The notes: generated from the sequence alone by a model not told the origin. A stretch of DNA of 64,000 nt from Utricularia gibba (GCA_002189035.1 NEEC01000013.1:62001-126000), one strand, 5' to 3'; numbered from the stretch's first letter, positions 25,735 to 39,797 are shown. Program-made: numbers and translations.

Positions 25735-28700
25735 GAGGAATGAGCATGGCAGAGCTGCATAAGCATATGTGTAACGCTTCAGATGCTCGGTGTTCGATGA
25801 ATTGCCTAACCGATGTTTGCATCTGTTGGAGTTTCAGTGTTAGGAGAAATTGCTGGTTTCTGTTAGGTTCCTTACATGCACCTTCAGTAAGTTTAGAAGT
25901 TTAGTTTTACGCGTTACTCGAATGCATTTTGTTGTGATTTGTAAGTTTTACTGCCTGCAAAACTACTGCTTTCATTAAGTGATTGTGAGGTTGATGTTTT
26001 CAATTCGCTTTTTGATTGAAATAGTAAACATTCATACGGATACACTAGTAGTTACACATTGATTTAATACCCCTTATGGGAAATAGTAGTAAGAATCATG
26101 GAGGATTGCTTTGTCAATTGATGGATTGGATAGTTTTTGAGGAAGTCCTGGCGCATATCTTTAATAGAGTGGTTGGTCATTCCTCCTTTTTAATGCAATG
26201 GCTTCATTCTTAGCTCCTCACTGACCTTGGATCTATGTTTCATTTGAGCCAAGTATGTCGTAAAGAAGAGACTGCCATAAAGGAGTGGAACAGTTTGTTG
26301 CGGCCATAAATAAAATTCTTTATTGGACAGCTCTGTGACGGGCTGAGTTCCATGCTTCAACTCTGTCTGACACCTTTGCTTGTTCCTCGTCTTCAGCCAA
26401 TAAATAGTTGAATGGCAAGCCTGTAAGGCTAGTATGACTGGCCTGACATTGTTTGATGATAGATTTTAGCTATTCCTTTCCTGAGAATTCATGAGTTGAG
26501 TGGCACTAGGGCTGTTGTATTTTGATTTTGAGGGATTATTGGGGGCGTTTGTGTTCTCAGTCTCCCTCGCTTCTTCATTGTCTGCCCAGTCAACCGTCGT
26601 AGTTCTGCTGAAACGCCAACCAGCAGGTGAGTATGATCCAAGTTAGCTGATGATGTCTTGCTGAACTAACAGCTTCTTCCTAGCTATCATCTGAGCCAAC
26701 CAGTCCCAAGTCCGTGACATATGACATCAAGCTTTCTTCATACCTCATGCCTTCTGAATTCATCTAGAGGATGGTCGAATTCAGTATACACATTGAAAAG
26801 GACAAATTCAAAATATTGGTGTGCCATGGAGTTGATGCATACCATAAGCTGTGGTTTTGGTAATTCCTGAGATGCTGAATCTCTCGCATGGTCTTGCATC
26901 ACCAAAGATAACAAATTCAGATCAAGGAGCAATCATGTGCTTAAATGATCAAATTAACTCACTGTAAACATCCCCATTCATCAGCATTCAGCGAGTACTC
27001 TGCCCTGAAACCAGAGCGAAGATGTTCATAGCACTAAGTAGAAAATCCTTTTTGCAAATTAAGGAGAATACCCTCCAGGCTTTCTTTCTAAATCTTGAGT
27101 CGTGGCCACTGCAATCTACTGCTTCGTTTTTATTATCTGCATTAGAGGACTTGGCTGCTGATATCCGCATGCTCCTTCACCTTTTCAGTGTGTACATCGG
27201 TTGCCTGCAACAAGAAATAGATGGTGTTTAAGGGCTTCATACTGAGATGTAGTGCGTTAAAACACATGGAGACAGGAGAGATGAAGAAGTATCGGAGCAG
27301 ATTGAAGATCGGCGTTGGGTTTTATGTCGACAGAAATGATGAAGGCAATCGCTCTCCCTCAGCATAAGTGAAAAGCAAGGATTCGGCTTTAACGCCCTGC
27401 TGGTATTGTGATTATTTACGGATTCATCGCCCATGAAACGCCCTGCAAATTTGTAACCTTCGCATAACACATTCATAGCCAGAAAAATTTTATCTCGCAA
27501 CCCGTGAAGTTATATACGAAATGACACCATGCATCCATCAGTCGAGATTGATCTGCAACAAAAGGGAGAGACACCCAAAACTGAGTATGACGCTAACGTA
27601 GATATGGGTTATGAGCGCGGATAAGACTTGACGGATCAATTAACGGTCAGCGACCCAACCCTGCATGAGTTAAACCTTGACTCAATTCAAGTGTGGATTG
27701 ATCCGTCTTAGTGTGGGTCAATACGCTAAAATATAAAGACAATTGTTTCTTTTCTTATAGAAAAATAATTACACAATGTCATGTTAAAAGTAATAAAAGT
27801 TTTCCTTCTACTTTTATTTAACCTTAGAACTCACATAAAAAAATATAGGGTGATGTGAGTTGTGACCCCACTATTTATTCAGTTTGTCAATTTTGATCCA
27901 TAAATTTTGTACCGGTATAATTTGTCTAATTCAGTGGTTTCCCCGTCCAGTTATTTCACAAATAAATGAGAATATGATGTGATTAATTCTTACTAAAAAA
28001 AATATTGCAATCATTTCAAAATTTTTAAGTTGGTTACAGTTATTTCACAAATAAATCATTCAATATCCATTGAGAATTTTGTTGTCAATTTTTTTTGGTA
28101 ATAGTGTTGGTGAATATCAAATCTTGTTCATCATGTTGTTTCCTTTTTTAAATCAAATATTGTTTTATGTGTTCACTAATATTCTATTTACATGAGTATA
28201 TTGGCAATTATGATTATGATTAAGATAACACTATAAAGTTTATATTGACTTAACTTTCATAATGCAATGCTTACTAATAGATTAGGATATGTGTTGATTA
28301 CAGCTTAGTCTAGTCATGAGGTTCCGCTGCTGCAAATATATATGTTTATTGAATGAAATAGGTTCATCATGTTTCATATGTTCACAACAAAATTGCAGTG
28401 TTGATGACTCAAAGATACGACTCCATCCTTTACCCTATTGTGTTCCTACATCTAAAATCTTACAAGTATGGTGTGGAATTTGCATATCTTGTGCAAACTG
28501 TCGAATTTCATCATTTGTAAACCACTCAGGAACAATTTACAAAATAAGAGTCAAATTACTATATAATATGAAATGATCCTAAAAATGCTTATGTGAAGTC
28601 ATTATTTTCAAAGTGAGGATAACTATCTAGTTAGTATTTCTTCGGTTTATGTGCTATGAATAAGTTGAAGTACATCCATGTGTAAATCCCACAAGCATAT

Positions 28701-29079
28701 CTCCCCTCTTGTAAAGACATTTGTCAAAGTCAACATAACAATAACCTTTGCACCAGGAAGTGAAACAACTTCACTATATGTTACTCACCAAAGGCCAATT
28801 GATCACAACCTCTAAAACATCCTACCTAATTTCCCTATTTGCAATGAGGATCATAGAAAGCAACTTAACTGAAACCAATTAAATACTTAAGCTACATTTC
28901 ATTTAGGAGCATCCTAAAGAAGAACTACTTGCAGATGGTAGCTTCATGCCCTTTTTGGTAGTCTAAGTGCAAAAAATTAATACAAGAACACACCAATTTT
29001 CTTTGCATCCCAAATAAAAGAATATTTCTAAATCGTAATAGCTTCTATGAAAATAAACTTCACATGATATGACTTACAT

Positions 29080-29412
29080 GAAACCCAAATCATAAATCTT
29101 GGAATACGGTATATATTAAATAAAGCAATTTTAAAAATATCTTTCTGTGCACTCTATTGTTCACCAACCGCAAATAGTAGATATCTTCTATGATATCCAC
29201 ACGTAAAGCACTCCGTTGAAAACCTTCTCAAGGCCACATAATGATGGTTGATTTCATCATATACTAGTAGACAAAGTCATCCCCTTATAGATGAATCTCT
29301 GAGAAAATGAAGATAGAAAAATATCTGTAGATCGAATCTTTGTTATTATCTTATATATATTTATTTGGAAACATATTTAATCAGATCTCTATAAATATCT
29401 TATCTCATGGAA

Positions 29413-29445
<33 letters not shown>

Positions 29446-30340
29446 TCCCAAATGTTATTTGTCAAATATTTTATTTTGAGTTTAATCAATATTTATTTCA
29501 TATAATTTTATTATTCTATTTTATATCGATGAATGACTTCACTATTGTGTGTAACCTCTAGGCTTATTCAATTAAGTTTGTAATAATAAATTTATTAATT
29601 AACTCTTAATTAATTCAATTTATTATTATCGATTATGAGTGATGTCTAGCAATATATCATGATCCTCAAGATATAAGAATAATCAAATGAACTGATTGAG
29701 CATTTTTATGACCATCCACTATGCGTGTAAGTACTAGAATATGAGTGTGTATCCTTTTGATGTATCGAACTTATAATTGCAAATAAATACTAACATTTAA
29801 TGACTAACTCAAACTCTTCAAGTGTCATTACCCTAGACCCAAGACTTATAGCTAGGATTTCATGTAATTACTTGAGATAAGATCTCATAGCTAGTATAAG
29901 CGATGAATCTTTTATTGATCAATCGACTATTTCCACCTTAAGGAAACATATCCCTTCTCATCCATACTAGGCAAGTCATGGTTATACTCCCATTAGTAAT
30001 GAACAAAAATGTGTGCTTAAGATCAAGATAACTTTATTGATATCAAATCTAAATTTATTTGCACGGTTGTCATATTCGAGATCTTGCTATTGGCACTTGG
30101 TCAGCTTCCCATAATAGCATCTCGAAGATGAGTCATCTAATGAATTGATTCTCTGATCGACACTCACACATTGGTTCTGGTAATCTCATTACATCAGTTG
30201 TGAGAATCATTGCCTAAACAATTTAAGGAACTTAGTATGTGCAAACTTATCCACATTTGTTATATCATCATTTCATAAATATTCTAGCCAGAAAATTTTT
30301 AATTTGAACATAAATGCTTGATGAATCTCACATTATGATC
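29080..30340 (-). mobile_element. Family C LTR, truncated at both ends
   Basis: Colinear with 14206 and 33007 copies (e.g. GCATCTCGAAGATGAGTCATC). Contains an (AT)n expansion near 29420-29445. Confidence 0.85.
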
Positions 30341-30719
30341 ACAAAAATACAGTAAAACATAAAAAAGATTAATCATTTTCCAAATGTATGCCTACTTAAT
30401 CATCCATTTTATGAACAAGAATTGTAATTCATAAAAACTAGGGATACTTACACACCAAGAAAATGAATCCATTTTTATCAAGGGGAGTTACAAGAACTCT
30501 TTTTGTTCAAATAATTTAGAGATATTCAATAAGAAATCGATCTACTCTGATTGTATCTTTCTAATGCTCTGCTTCATTCTCTACCCTTTCCTTATTTTTG
30601 TTACCTACTCTGATTGTATCTTTCTAATATGAGAGAATGAAACCTAATTTTTGGTAAATTATCAAATTGGCCTCGAGGAGTATGATAAATTATTAGTCAA
30701 ATATTATCCATCTCACTTC

Positions 30720-30975
30720 TTCCTAGTGAAGATGGAGGTTTGGAGGCATTGAGAGGTCATCATCCCTTGCTACAACCTTTAGCTCCATAAGATGTAGTCT
30801 TGACCTTGTAGACATCATCAATAAAACTTGCTCCAAAACTTGTGCCAAATTCATTGGAGAAACAACATTTGCCAACATTATGTGAGCTGGTTTAGTGGAA
30901 ATTATCAAATTTCAACAATTCTAGCATCCTCCAAATGTTGAAAGCATCTTGGCATCACTTCTTCTTTGACCCCTT
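30720..30975 (-). mobile_element. Ty1/copia RNase H C-terminal remnant
   Basis: Minus-strand IISTKPAHIMLANVV resembles the copia KISTxxNPADMLTK end motif. Highly decayed. Confidence 0.4.
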
Positions 30976-31044
30976 CATTGTTTTTTTTTAACCCTTTGAA
31001 CATTTTTACTTACATATAGATCTCCATGAGTGAGTTTTTTGTCG

Positions 31045-31420
31045 AATAAATGAAAAACCTTAGATGTTGCGAAATAGTGTATTCTTTGTATTAAATAAAA
31101 TTTGTAAAACCTAATTTCTAAAAAATAGGAATTAGAAGAAATTGCATAATGAATCAAGGTCTATTACAAGGAGCTAAGAGCTTATTGCATGAAAGTTGCA
31201 TTTTATTTGTAATGATAAAAGATTAAATTTCAATTAAGACTAGTAAAGCATGAACATAATTTATAGGAAATACACATGATAAAACGTATAGGATTAAAAT
31301 GCAATAAAGAGAAAAGTAACATTTCAAAATTTCAGGGATAGAATACTGTGAGGATTCAAGCTTTGATGACTTTACTCTTTAGTTTTAACTTATTTTACTT
31401 CATACTAGCCTACCTAATCA
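31045..31420 (-). mobile_element. Highly diverged family A LTR fragment
   Basis: AATAAATGAAAAACCTTAGATGTTGCGAAA...TATTAAATAAAATTTGTAAAACCTAAT matches the family A terminal block. Confidence 0.45.
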
Positions 31421-32049
31421 AATGTATCCAAGTGACCACCATTATGTGCATGTCATGTGTCATCTCGCATGTGTGCCACATGTCCTATTGCATGTGCACC
31501 ATGTGTCCTCTTGCATGTATGTCACTTGTACGTCATGCATGTGTGCCACATGTTGCACGCAAAATAAGGATGAGATGTAGACAGGAATATATACATATGA
31601 TGGAATGTAAGGTTCTTTCATTTATTTTTGAGTTTTACAAAGACAAAGAGGGGAGGTTGGAAGGAAAGGTTATAGTACCTTCAGTGAACGAAGCTTTACA
31701 GTTGGTTTGAGGTCTAAGGTGTTTAGGTAAGTGGCATGATTGCTTTTCAAGGTTTGCTTATCTTTGAAACTGATTTCTACAAACTTATGTGCCTATGTAA
31801 TATTGATATTTAATTTCTATTACTTTGGATGTGATTGTCTCTATACTTAGAAACCTTTTATGTTGCATGAAAATTCAAACAGGGGAGTAGGTTATTTCAT
31901 GTTATTTCAAAAAAAGCTATCTTTGAATCCCAAAAGCATGATTCTTTTCACTTATAGCCATCCATGTTATCTTTGAAATGATATTGCAATATGTATCTCT
32001 ATGTACTATGTCATAAACAAGATAGGAAAGAATGGAGGAGATATGGACG

Positions 32050-33006
32050 CATATCTTCAGCAACGTGGTTGTACTAGGGGCACTATGGCTAATATGTTAG
32101 GCATGTCTAAGGTACCATGCAAAATATGATATGATATGTTATGTAGGACTTGAGTTTGTGGTTCTATGGTCGGAGACTGCTCTCCTGAGCATGGAACCAT
32201 GGAAGAGGGCACTTTATGTCTCAACTATCATGGACTGATAGCAAGGCCAAGGCTAGATGGACATGAGAAGTGAGAAAAGATAGTTATGGAGGCTGGCAAT
32301 GTGTTTCAAGTTTCTTTTATAAGCTCTTTATATTCTTTCTTGATTTCACTTGTTTTAAAGCTCAAAAACATGACCACTCTTTTATTTATTTTAGGGGATG
32401 AAGGGAGCTAGTAGAGATCTAGTGATCAACCATGCTTTCAGAGTCCTATGGATATGTGTAGATAGTAGTGTAACTTCTTTACTAGGTTGAATGAGTATGA
32501 TATATGTATGTTTTGGGTTTTGGATTCAACTCAAAAATACTTTAGGTTTTGGGTCTGTGTGGTTCGAAGATAAAAGACACAATTATTTACTTGAGAAAGT
32601 AGGGTAAACCCGAGTGTTGAAAAAAACCCCTTGAGGATGAGGTGACATATGAAATCTACTAAAATTGTTTTCTGAGAGAATATACTTTCGAGGATATTGT
32701 GTCATGACTCATGCTTAGGGCCCAAGGGGCATGAGATATGATCGTAAAGTCCCGTCAAGATCAAGGCAACCTCTCTTATATAACATAGGAAAATAACATG
32801 AAGTCAGCACATATACATGGGCTCGTAGTCGTACTAACATGCATAGGAGCTTCCTCCAATCTATACAACACACAACTCATGACATAGCTAACGTTCCTAT
32901 AGCTACTTCAAGACCTCTTATGACTTGGATAGCCATACTCCCACTTTGGCTGATCACCAGATCTTCAGCTATTCCTCTCTACACGGGGAACAAGTTTAAA
33001 ACATAG
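32050..33006. mobile_element. Tekay/Del-like LTR fragments
   Basis: Terminal-like motifs GAGGTGACA (~32640) and TGTCATGACTC (~32700). No TSD found. Confidence 0.3.
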
Positions 33007-34389
33007 TGTTGGGTTTCTCGTAGACATTGTATATAAGAAAAGCAGTAGAATTTAAAAATTTTCTGAGAAACCCAAAACGCAGATCTTAGAATACGGTATA
33101 CATCAGATAAGGGGATGCTGAAAATACCTTTCAGCGCACTCCATTGTTCACCAACCGCTAATAGCATATGGCCTCTATGGTATCCACACGTGAAGAACTC
33201 CGTCCATAACCTTCTCAAAGCTGTAGAATGCTGATCAAATTCCTCAGGTGCTAGTAGAGAAAATCGCCCCCTTGTAAATCAATCTCAGAGAGCACGAAGA
33301 TGTTGAAAGGTCTGTTGATCTAAATCTTTTTTTATAGATATTTGGTAACATATCAAATCATATCTCCGTAAAGATCTCATCTTGTGGATATATGTATATG
33401 TTCCAAATCTTATCTATATCAGATCTTTTATTTTGAGTTTAATCAACATTAATCTCAAAATAACTCTATATTTAATTTATCCACTTTACCAATTACATCT
33501 CATGTAATTGTGTCATTCTATTTTATATCGATTAGTGACTCCACTATTGTGTGTTACCCTATAGGCTTCATCAATCAAGTCCGTAATAATGGATTTATTA
33601 ATTAATTCTTAATTAATCGAATCCATCATTATCGATCATAAGTCATATCTAGCAACATATCATGATCCCCAAGATTAAAGAATAATCAGGTGAACTGATT
33701 GAGCCTTTCCATGACCAGCCATCATGCAATGAACAACTTTCATCATACATATAACTCATTCGATATTAGGCTTTGATGCAATTACTTGAGATATGATCTC
33801 ATCGCTAACATGAGTGATGAATCCTTTATTGATCAATCAACTATCTTTAATCTTAAGGAGTCACATCCCTACTCATCCATACTAGGCAAGCCATGGTTAG
33901 GCTCTCATTAGTAATCAGCAAAAATGTGAGCTTAAGATCAAGATAACTTTGATGACCTCAAGTCTAAGCTTAATTGCACGGCTGTCATATTCGAGATCTT
34001 GCTACTCACACTTGGTTAGCTTCCCATAGTAGCATCTCGAAGATGAGTTATCCAGTGAATCGATTCTCTAATCGACACCCACACATAGGTTCTAGTAATC
34101 TCATTACATCAATTGTGAGAACCATTGCCTAAACTGTTTAGGGAACTCAATGTGTGCCAGCTTATCCGTATTTGTGATATCCTCATTGCACAAATACTCT
34201 AGCCAAGGAGATTTAACTTGATCATGAGTGCTTGAAGAATCTCACATTATGATTTCATCATAATTTATATAGCACATTGATCAAGTAGAGGATTTTATCA
34301 ATGATATAAATTTGATCACAATTCAAAGTAAATATCAAAAGATAAGATTTGCCAATGAGTTGGTTGTCTCTAGAACACATACACCAACA
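33007..34389 (-). mobile_element. Family C solo-type LTR, left arm of an inverted pair
   Basis: TGTTGGGTTTC...CACCAACA. Reverse complement of 35254-36682 except for a ~100-bp deletion. Flanks CATAG / GCTTT do not match. No PBS or PPT seen. Confidence 0.9.
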
Positions 34390-34824
34390 GCTTTGTGGTG
34401 CACTTTGAGGTGGGTTTGCTTGAAATATATTTGTCTTTAAAATACAATTGAAGATGTATTTGATATGTAGTGTAGCATTATGTAGAAGTTTCATTAGAAA
34501 TGGCTTTGTGGTGCATCCAAAGGTGGTTTTGTATTGAAAGCATTCCCAGAGGTGATTTTGCATTATGCTCAGAGGTCTTATGTTTCTTCGTAAAAAATGT
34601 GACTATATGTATATGATTTTCTTGTTATTTTAGAAGAGATTGTTCCATGTTTTGTGTATTTGAGTTTTCTTATTTATTTTTCATTATTTCTGAAAAAGCT
34701 CAATAGGATAGAATGTATAATTTTTTAAATATTCTTTGTTTTGTTGTTTTGTATTTTCAAATGTATTTTGAACCCTAAATATCCTCTTGAATTAGCTTTA
34801 ATGGTTTCTTGTAAAGATAAGTGT

Positions 34825-35253
34825 TAATAACACATATTTTTGAGTATTTAAGAGTAAGAAAATATATAATATTTTACCACAAAACTCAAGTTCTAGCATG
34901 AATTTCTATCCTTTTGCGACTAATACTACAATTGCATGTTTTATTCCTAGTTGAGACTAAATTAGATTTAGTCCCAACCTCAGTTTTAATTGTTTTCTAG
35001 AGCAATGGAGCAATTGTCAGCCAATTTAGTTCCCTAGTAGTCAAAAATATCACAGTGAAATTCAAGAGGATATAAAAAAACTGAAGGAAGTATAATCAAA
35101 TCCCAAAAAAGAGAAGAAAAGGATTTTAAAAATAATGAGGAAAGAGAAAATACACTCAATTGAAGAACACAAAAAACATTTATGGGAGGGAGATCTGGTA
35201 GGAGGGAGTAGTAGAACCATGAAGGACAAAAAAGATGAAAACTATGATCCAAG
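34825..35253 (+). mobile_element. Family A (60983-type subfamily) LTR fragment in the minority orientation, cut by the family C copy
   Basis: TAATAACACATATTTTTGAG matches the reverse complement of the 62140 end. Carries the A hairpin variant at 34951-34977. Confidence 0.6.
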
Positions 35254-36682
35254 TGTTAGTGTATGTGTTCTAGAGACAATCAACTCATTGGCAAATCTTA
35301 TCTTTAGATATTTACTTTGAATTGTGATCAAATTTATATCATTGATAAAATCCTCTACTTGATCAATGTGCTATAGAAATTATGATGAGATCATAATGTG
35401 AGATTCTTCAAGCACTCATGATCAAGTTAAATCTCCTTGGCTAGAGTATTTGTGCAATGAGGATATCACAAATACAGATAAGCTGGCACACATTGAGTTC
35501 CCTAAACAGTTTAGGCAATGGTTCTCACAATTGATGTAATGAGATTACTAGAACCTATGTGTGAGTGTCGATTAGAGAATCGATTCACTGGATGACTCAT
35601 CTTCGAGATGCTACTATGGAAAGCTAACCAAGTGTGAGTAGCAAGATCTCGAATATGACAGCCGTGCAATTAAGCTTAGACTTGAGGTCATCAAAGTTAT
35701 CTTGATCTTAAGCTCACATTTTTGCTGATTACTAATGGGAGCCTAACCATGGCTTGCCTAGTATGGATGAGTAGGGATGTGACTCCTTAAGATTGGAGAT
35801 AGTTGATTGATCAATAAAGGATTCATCACTCATGTTAGCGATGAGATCATATCTCAAGTAATTGCATCAAAGCCTAACAGTAAGTACTGGGCCCAGGGTA
35901 ATGACACTCGAATTGTTAGTGCTTGAATGCAATTATAAGTTCGATACATCAGAAAGACACACACCCATGTTCTAGTATCGAATTAGATTTAAGTATGATG
36001 AAAGCTATTTATTGCATGGTGGCTGGTCATGGAAAGGCTCAATCAGTTCACCTGATTATTCTTTAATCTTGGGGATCATGATATGTTGCTAGACATCACT
36101 CATGATCGATAATGATGGATTTGATTAATTAAGAGTTAATTAATAAATCCATTATTACGGCCTTGATTGAAGAAGCCTATAGGGTAACACACAACAGTGG
36201 AATCACTCATCGATATAAAATAGAATAACACAATTACATAAGATGTAATTGGTAAGGTGGATAAATTAAATAGAGAGTTATTTTGAGATTAATATTGATT
36301 AAACTCAAAATAAAAGAACTCATATAGATATGATTTGATATGTTACAAAATATCTATCAAAAGTATTTAGATCTTGAGATCTGCTCCAAGGGTCTTCGTG
36401 CTCTTGACTGGTCCACAAGGAGGCGTTTTTCTCTACTAGCACCTGAGAAATTCGACCAGCATTCAAGAGCCTTGAGAAGGTTGACGACAGAGTGCTCCAC
36501 GTGTGGATACCATAGAGGCCGTCTGCTATTGGCGGTTGGTGAACAACGGAGTCATCTGAAAGGTATTTTGAACATCCCTAAATCTGACGTATATCGTATT
36601 CCAAGATCTGCGATTGGGGTTTCTCAAAAATTTTAAAATTCCGTTGCTTTTGAGACATACGATGTTTTCGAGAAACCCAACA
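35254..36682 (+). mobile_element. Family C solo-type LTR, right arm of an inverted pair, 1429 bp
   Basis: TGTTAGTG...AAACCCAACA. Flanks CCAAG / TTATT do not match. No TGGTATCAGAGC PBS follows. Confidence 0.9.
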
Positions 36683-36733
36683 TTATTGTGATGCACATTA
36701 AGCAGCTTGTTCAAGATATGATAAATGTTCATA

Positions 36734-37174
36734 GGGTATTGTATTGCCTTTGGTGGTCACTTGATTTTATGGAAAGCTATGTAGCAACCTACAATTTGTA
36801 GATCTTCCGCCATGAAAGAGTATAAGTGTATGGCGACAACTACTGTGAAATTGATGTGACTAGATTCTTTTCTAGAAGACTTTCAATGGTCAGTACAAAC
36901 ATCTATTAAATTACTATGTTGCAACAAATGAGCCATCTGCATCACACAAAATCTAGTATTCTAGAGCAAACAAAACATTTGCACATATCTTTCATATGGT
37001 TTGAGAAACTTATGCAGCAGTTTTCTTGTCCCTCATCATGTTTCATTCAAATCCATTTGATAGATATCTTCATTAAGACTTCACGAGCTAATCATTTTCA
37101 GATTTTGTTATGACACTTGAAGTTGATGGAGGTACATACTTCTTCACAAGATGATACATCTTGAAGGGGGAGAG
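36734..37174 (+). mobile_element. Ty1/copia RNase H remnant with polypurine tract
   Basis: GYCIAFGGHLILWK at 36734 (cf. GYCVFxGGNLISWK). EQTKHL (cf. ERTKHI) near 36963. PPT GAAGGGGGAGAG at 37163-37174 followed by TGTT. Confidence 0.65.
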
Positions 37175-38219
37175 TGTTAAGTCAAAGATATACATCACTA
37201 GAAATATAAATTTTACCATAATTGTTGATAGTGTACATCATACATTATCATAGATATATGTTTTACCATAACAATAATTAGGAACAATGACTCTACCAGC
37301 TCCTCTAACCAGTCAAGCTCACACGACTCCCATTGATGTAATTCATCACCAAGTCACTCTAGTTGCAATTGAGGATATTGTGTGACCCTTTTGCATAGGG
37401 TAGTGAGCTATGATTCATTTTGAATAGAAGTCATTTTTCTTTAGTATGAGTACCATTTACAATTTTTATATATTCAAAATCTCAAATATGATATATTTTT
37501 TTATTTTTCATATAACAAATCACGATGTAATAACCAATTTAAATATTCACGAGAAGAAATAATTTATCATATTTTTTGGATAACAATACAAGAACCCAAG
37601 GAAAATGGAACAGTAAATAGAATGAAAATTGAACCAAATCTAATCAAATTCATGTTCTCCCCTTGCAAGCTTTGATTGTCATACCTTCCTATTCCGCATG
37701 AGGGACCTCATTTCTTTCACAGAACCTAGTTGCCCCCAAATACCTAGATATGTGATAAGGGTCACTTTCTGTGCAATCGAGAGACCCTAGAATTTTAGTT
37801 AGTGGAGAATCATTCTTTAATATGAAAAGAATTTCAGGTTTTTATATTTTCAGGTCACTATTTTTGTTACATTGATTCATTACAAACCTAACACAACTTT
37901 TAACAATTTATTAGAGGAAAACCCTCATAGATTTTTTAATCACAATAGAATGACAAATAACAAAAAAGCCGTAAAGCAAAACATTGCATGTTTAACGGTT
38001 CCATTGCATAGTGCACCAAAATTTGCTCCTCGTGGTTCGAACACACACTTATCAACATGTGAGTATGCTAAAGACTGTAATTTGAAGTCCAATACCAAAC
38101 AACGAAAAATCTATAGAAGCAATGCATTGCACAGTCAGCTCGTTTGGTTACATAGTGCTCCAAATGTTGCACAATGTACTTGGGAAAACACATATCTATG
38201 GAGTAAGGTCATAAAAGAT

Positions 38220-38380
38220 GTGGGCCGGGCGGGCGGCTTTGGATCCCGAAGCCCAAGTAGCATCCGCAATGATTAAGGATGCTGATGGTGTGTGAATGGT
38301 GCATGTGCATGCATGGGGTCACGTGCATGTAGCGTCGCGTGGGACAGTGTGACAGCGACAAGTGCAGGAGCCCAAAAGAT
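38220..38380. promoter_or_regulatory. Candidate distal regulatory island upstream of SCR
   Basis: GC-rich non-repeat patch in AT-rich DNA with TGGGCC/AGCCCA (site II-like), CATGCATG (RY), CACGTG at 38320-38325 and TGACAG. Function is inferred only. Confidence 0.3.
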
Positions 38381-39772
38381 GTTCAACTTTTTGGATAAAT
38401 AGTCTAAAGCGTTAGGTTTGCTTTCCATTTGTTTTCCTAATCCAAACACCAAATAACCCTGATTATTTTAGCTTCCCTCCATTGCGTAAAAATGTTATCC
38501 ATTTTGCGCATGACGTATATTATTTTCATCATTCTGATGACACATTTAAATGAAATAAATAGGCTATTCTAAAAAGTGAAATAAATTGAATGATGGCATG
38601 GCATGGCATGTGGAAGAGAAGAGAATGCAGAATAGAGCAGGCGCAGGACAATGTCAAAGCGATGGCAGTCCAAACCAAAGCCTGCTACCTTTCCCTGTCA
38701 TCATATCCCTTCAACTCCTCCTCCTTTCCTCCTCATCCCACACCATGACTTCAGTTCCTTGGATTCTTCCTAATGGATCCAGAATCTTGGTCTTACTCCC
38801 CAACAACGCTACTACATGTTTTTTTCAACCTTGTTTCTTCATGGCTGTCCCGCAATTCCACTCTTGTTGGCATGTATTACATTTATCAACCTTTAGAAAT
38901 CATAGCTATTAGGGTAGGGTGTATTTGGCACTCATAAAAAACATAGGATGAAATCTAATTTAATTTAACCAGTATTTATAAATAAGATAAGATTTTATTT
39001 GACTCATTTGATTTTGAAATCATACTCTTGTTTGAGACTTTTTAAAGAAGGGGAAAATATTTTGCGGAAGGAGATGGAGAAATTTTTGTTTTGGAGGGGG
39101 GCAAACCAATTTTCATTAAATAATATACATTAGTAGAGACAATTAGGCTAAATTTTTATAAGAATTTATTTTTCCAAGGCGGTAAAAATGGAGTTTAGAT
39201 AATAAAAAAATATTTATTTTAGATAAATTAATCATTTAGTTACCTTCAAACTTTTTATACGATTTTCTTATCTAATATTCATCTTTACTACTGTCAATTG
39301 GAGGTAAAACTTATTAAGTAACGATTTCGAATTAATAATTCTTGTTATCTGTAATCATGGACTTAGGATTTTGAAGTAGAGGAAAACTACTTTTTTAAGT
39401 TTAGAATAATTATTGAATATAATCTTGTACATCAAACATATTTCAAAAAATAAATATAATATTTAGACTAATTTTTTAAATATTTAATTATCATCAGTAT
39501 TAAAATAGAATTAAACTTTTATTCAGATTTTCGAATCGCGTCTTTTTTATAATATTTTTGAATTAAAAAATATAGAACTCAAACTCAACAAAAAATTTAT
39601 GAATTGAGGCTGATGGAATCCTCATTTTAAAACAATGATGATCAGATCAGGCTCTTTTTTATTTATTTTTTTGTTTATTGAGAAGAAAAGGCGGAAGTGG
39701 GCTGACTGCATCGGAAGCTGATGTAGGTTCGGTTCGGTTGCTTTTTAAGACTGCCAAAAGATTTGACCTGCC

Positions 39773-39797
39773 CTAATCTAATCTAATCTAATCTAAT
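39773..39797. repeat. (CTAAT)5 microsatellite
   Basis: Five perfect units. Confidence 0.95.

Noticed and set aside
31440-31560. CATG-rich patch resembling an RY-element cluster
   Set aside because: Low-complexity sequence inside TE debris, far from any gene.
33007-36682. Intact LTR retrotransposon, or an inversion that swapped TSDs
   Set aside because: The LTRs are inverted rather than direct, with no PBS, PPT or gag-pol between them. Cross-wise flank comparison (CATAG vs CTTGG; TTATT vs AAAGC) does not give matching TSDs.
37872-38276. 134-aa ORF
   Set aside because: TTG start, AT-rich composition, no motif; it contains only a weak internal direct repeat.
38585-38760. Possible miRNA precursor (purine tract followed by pyrimidine tract)
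   Set aside because: No continuous ~21-nt duplex and no recognisable mature miRNA.
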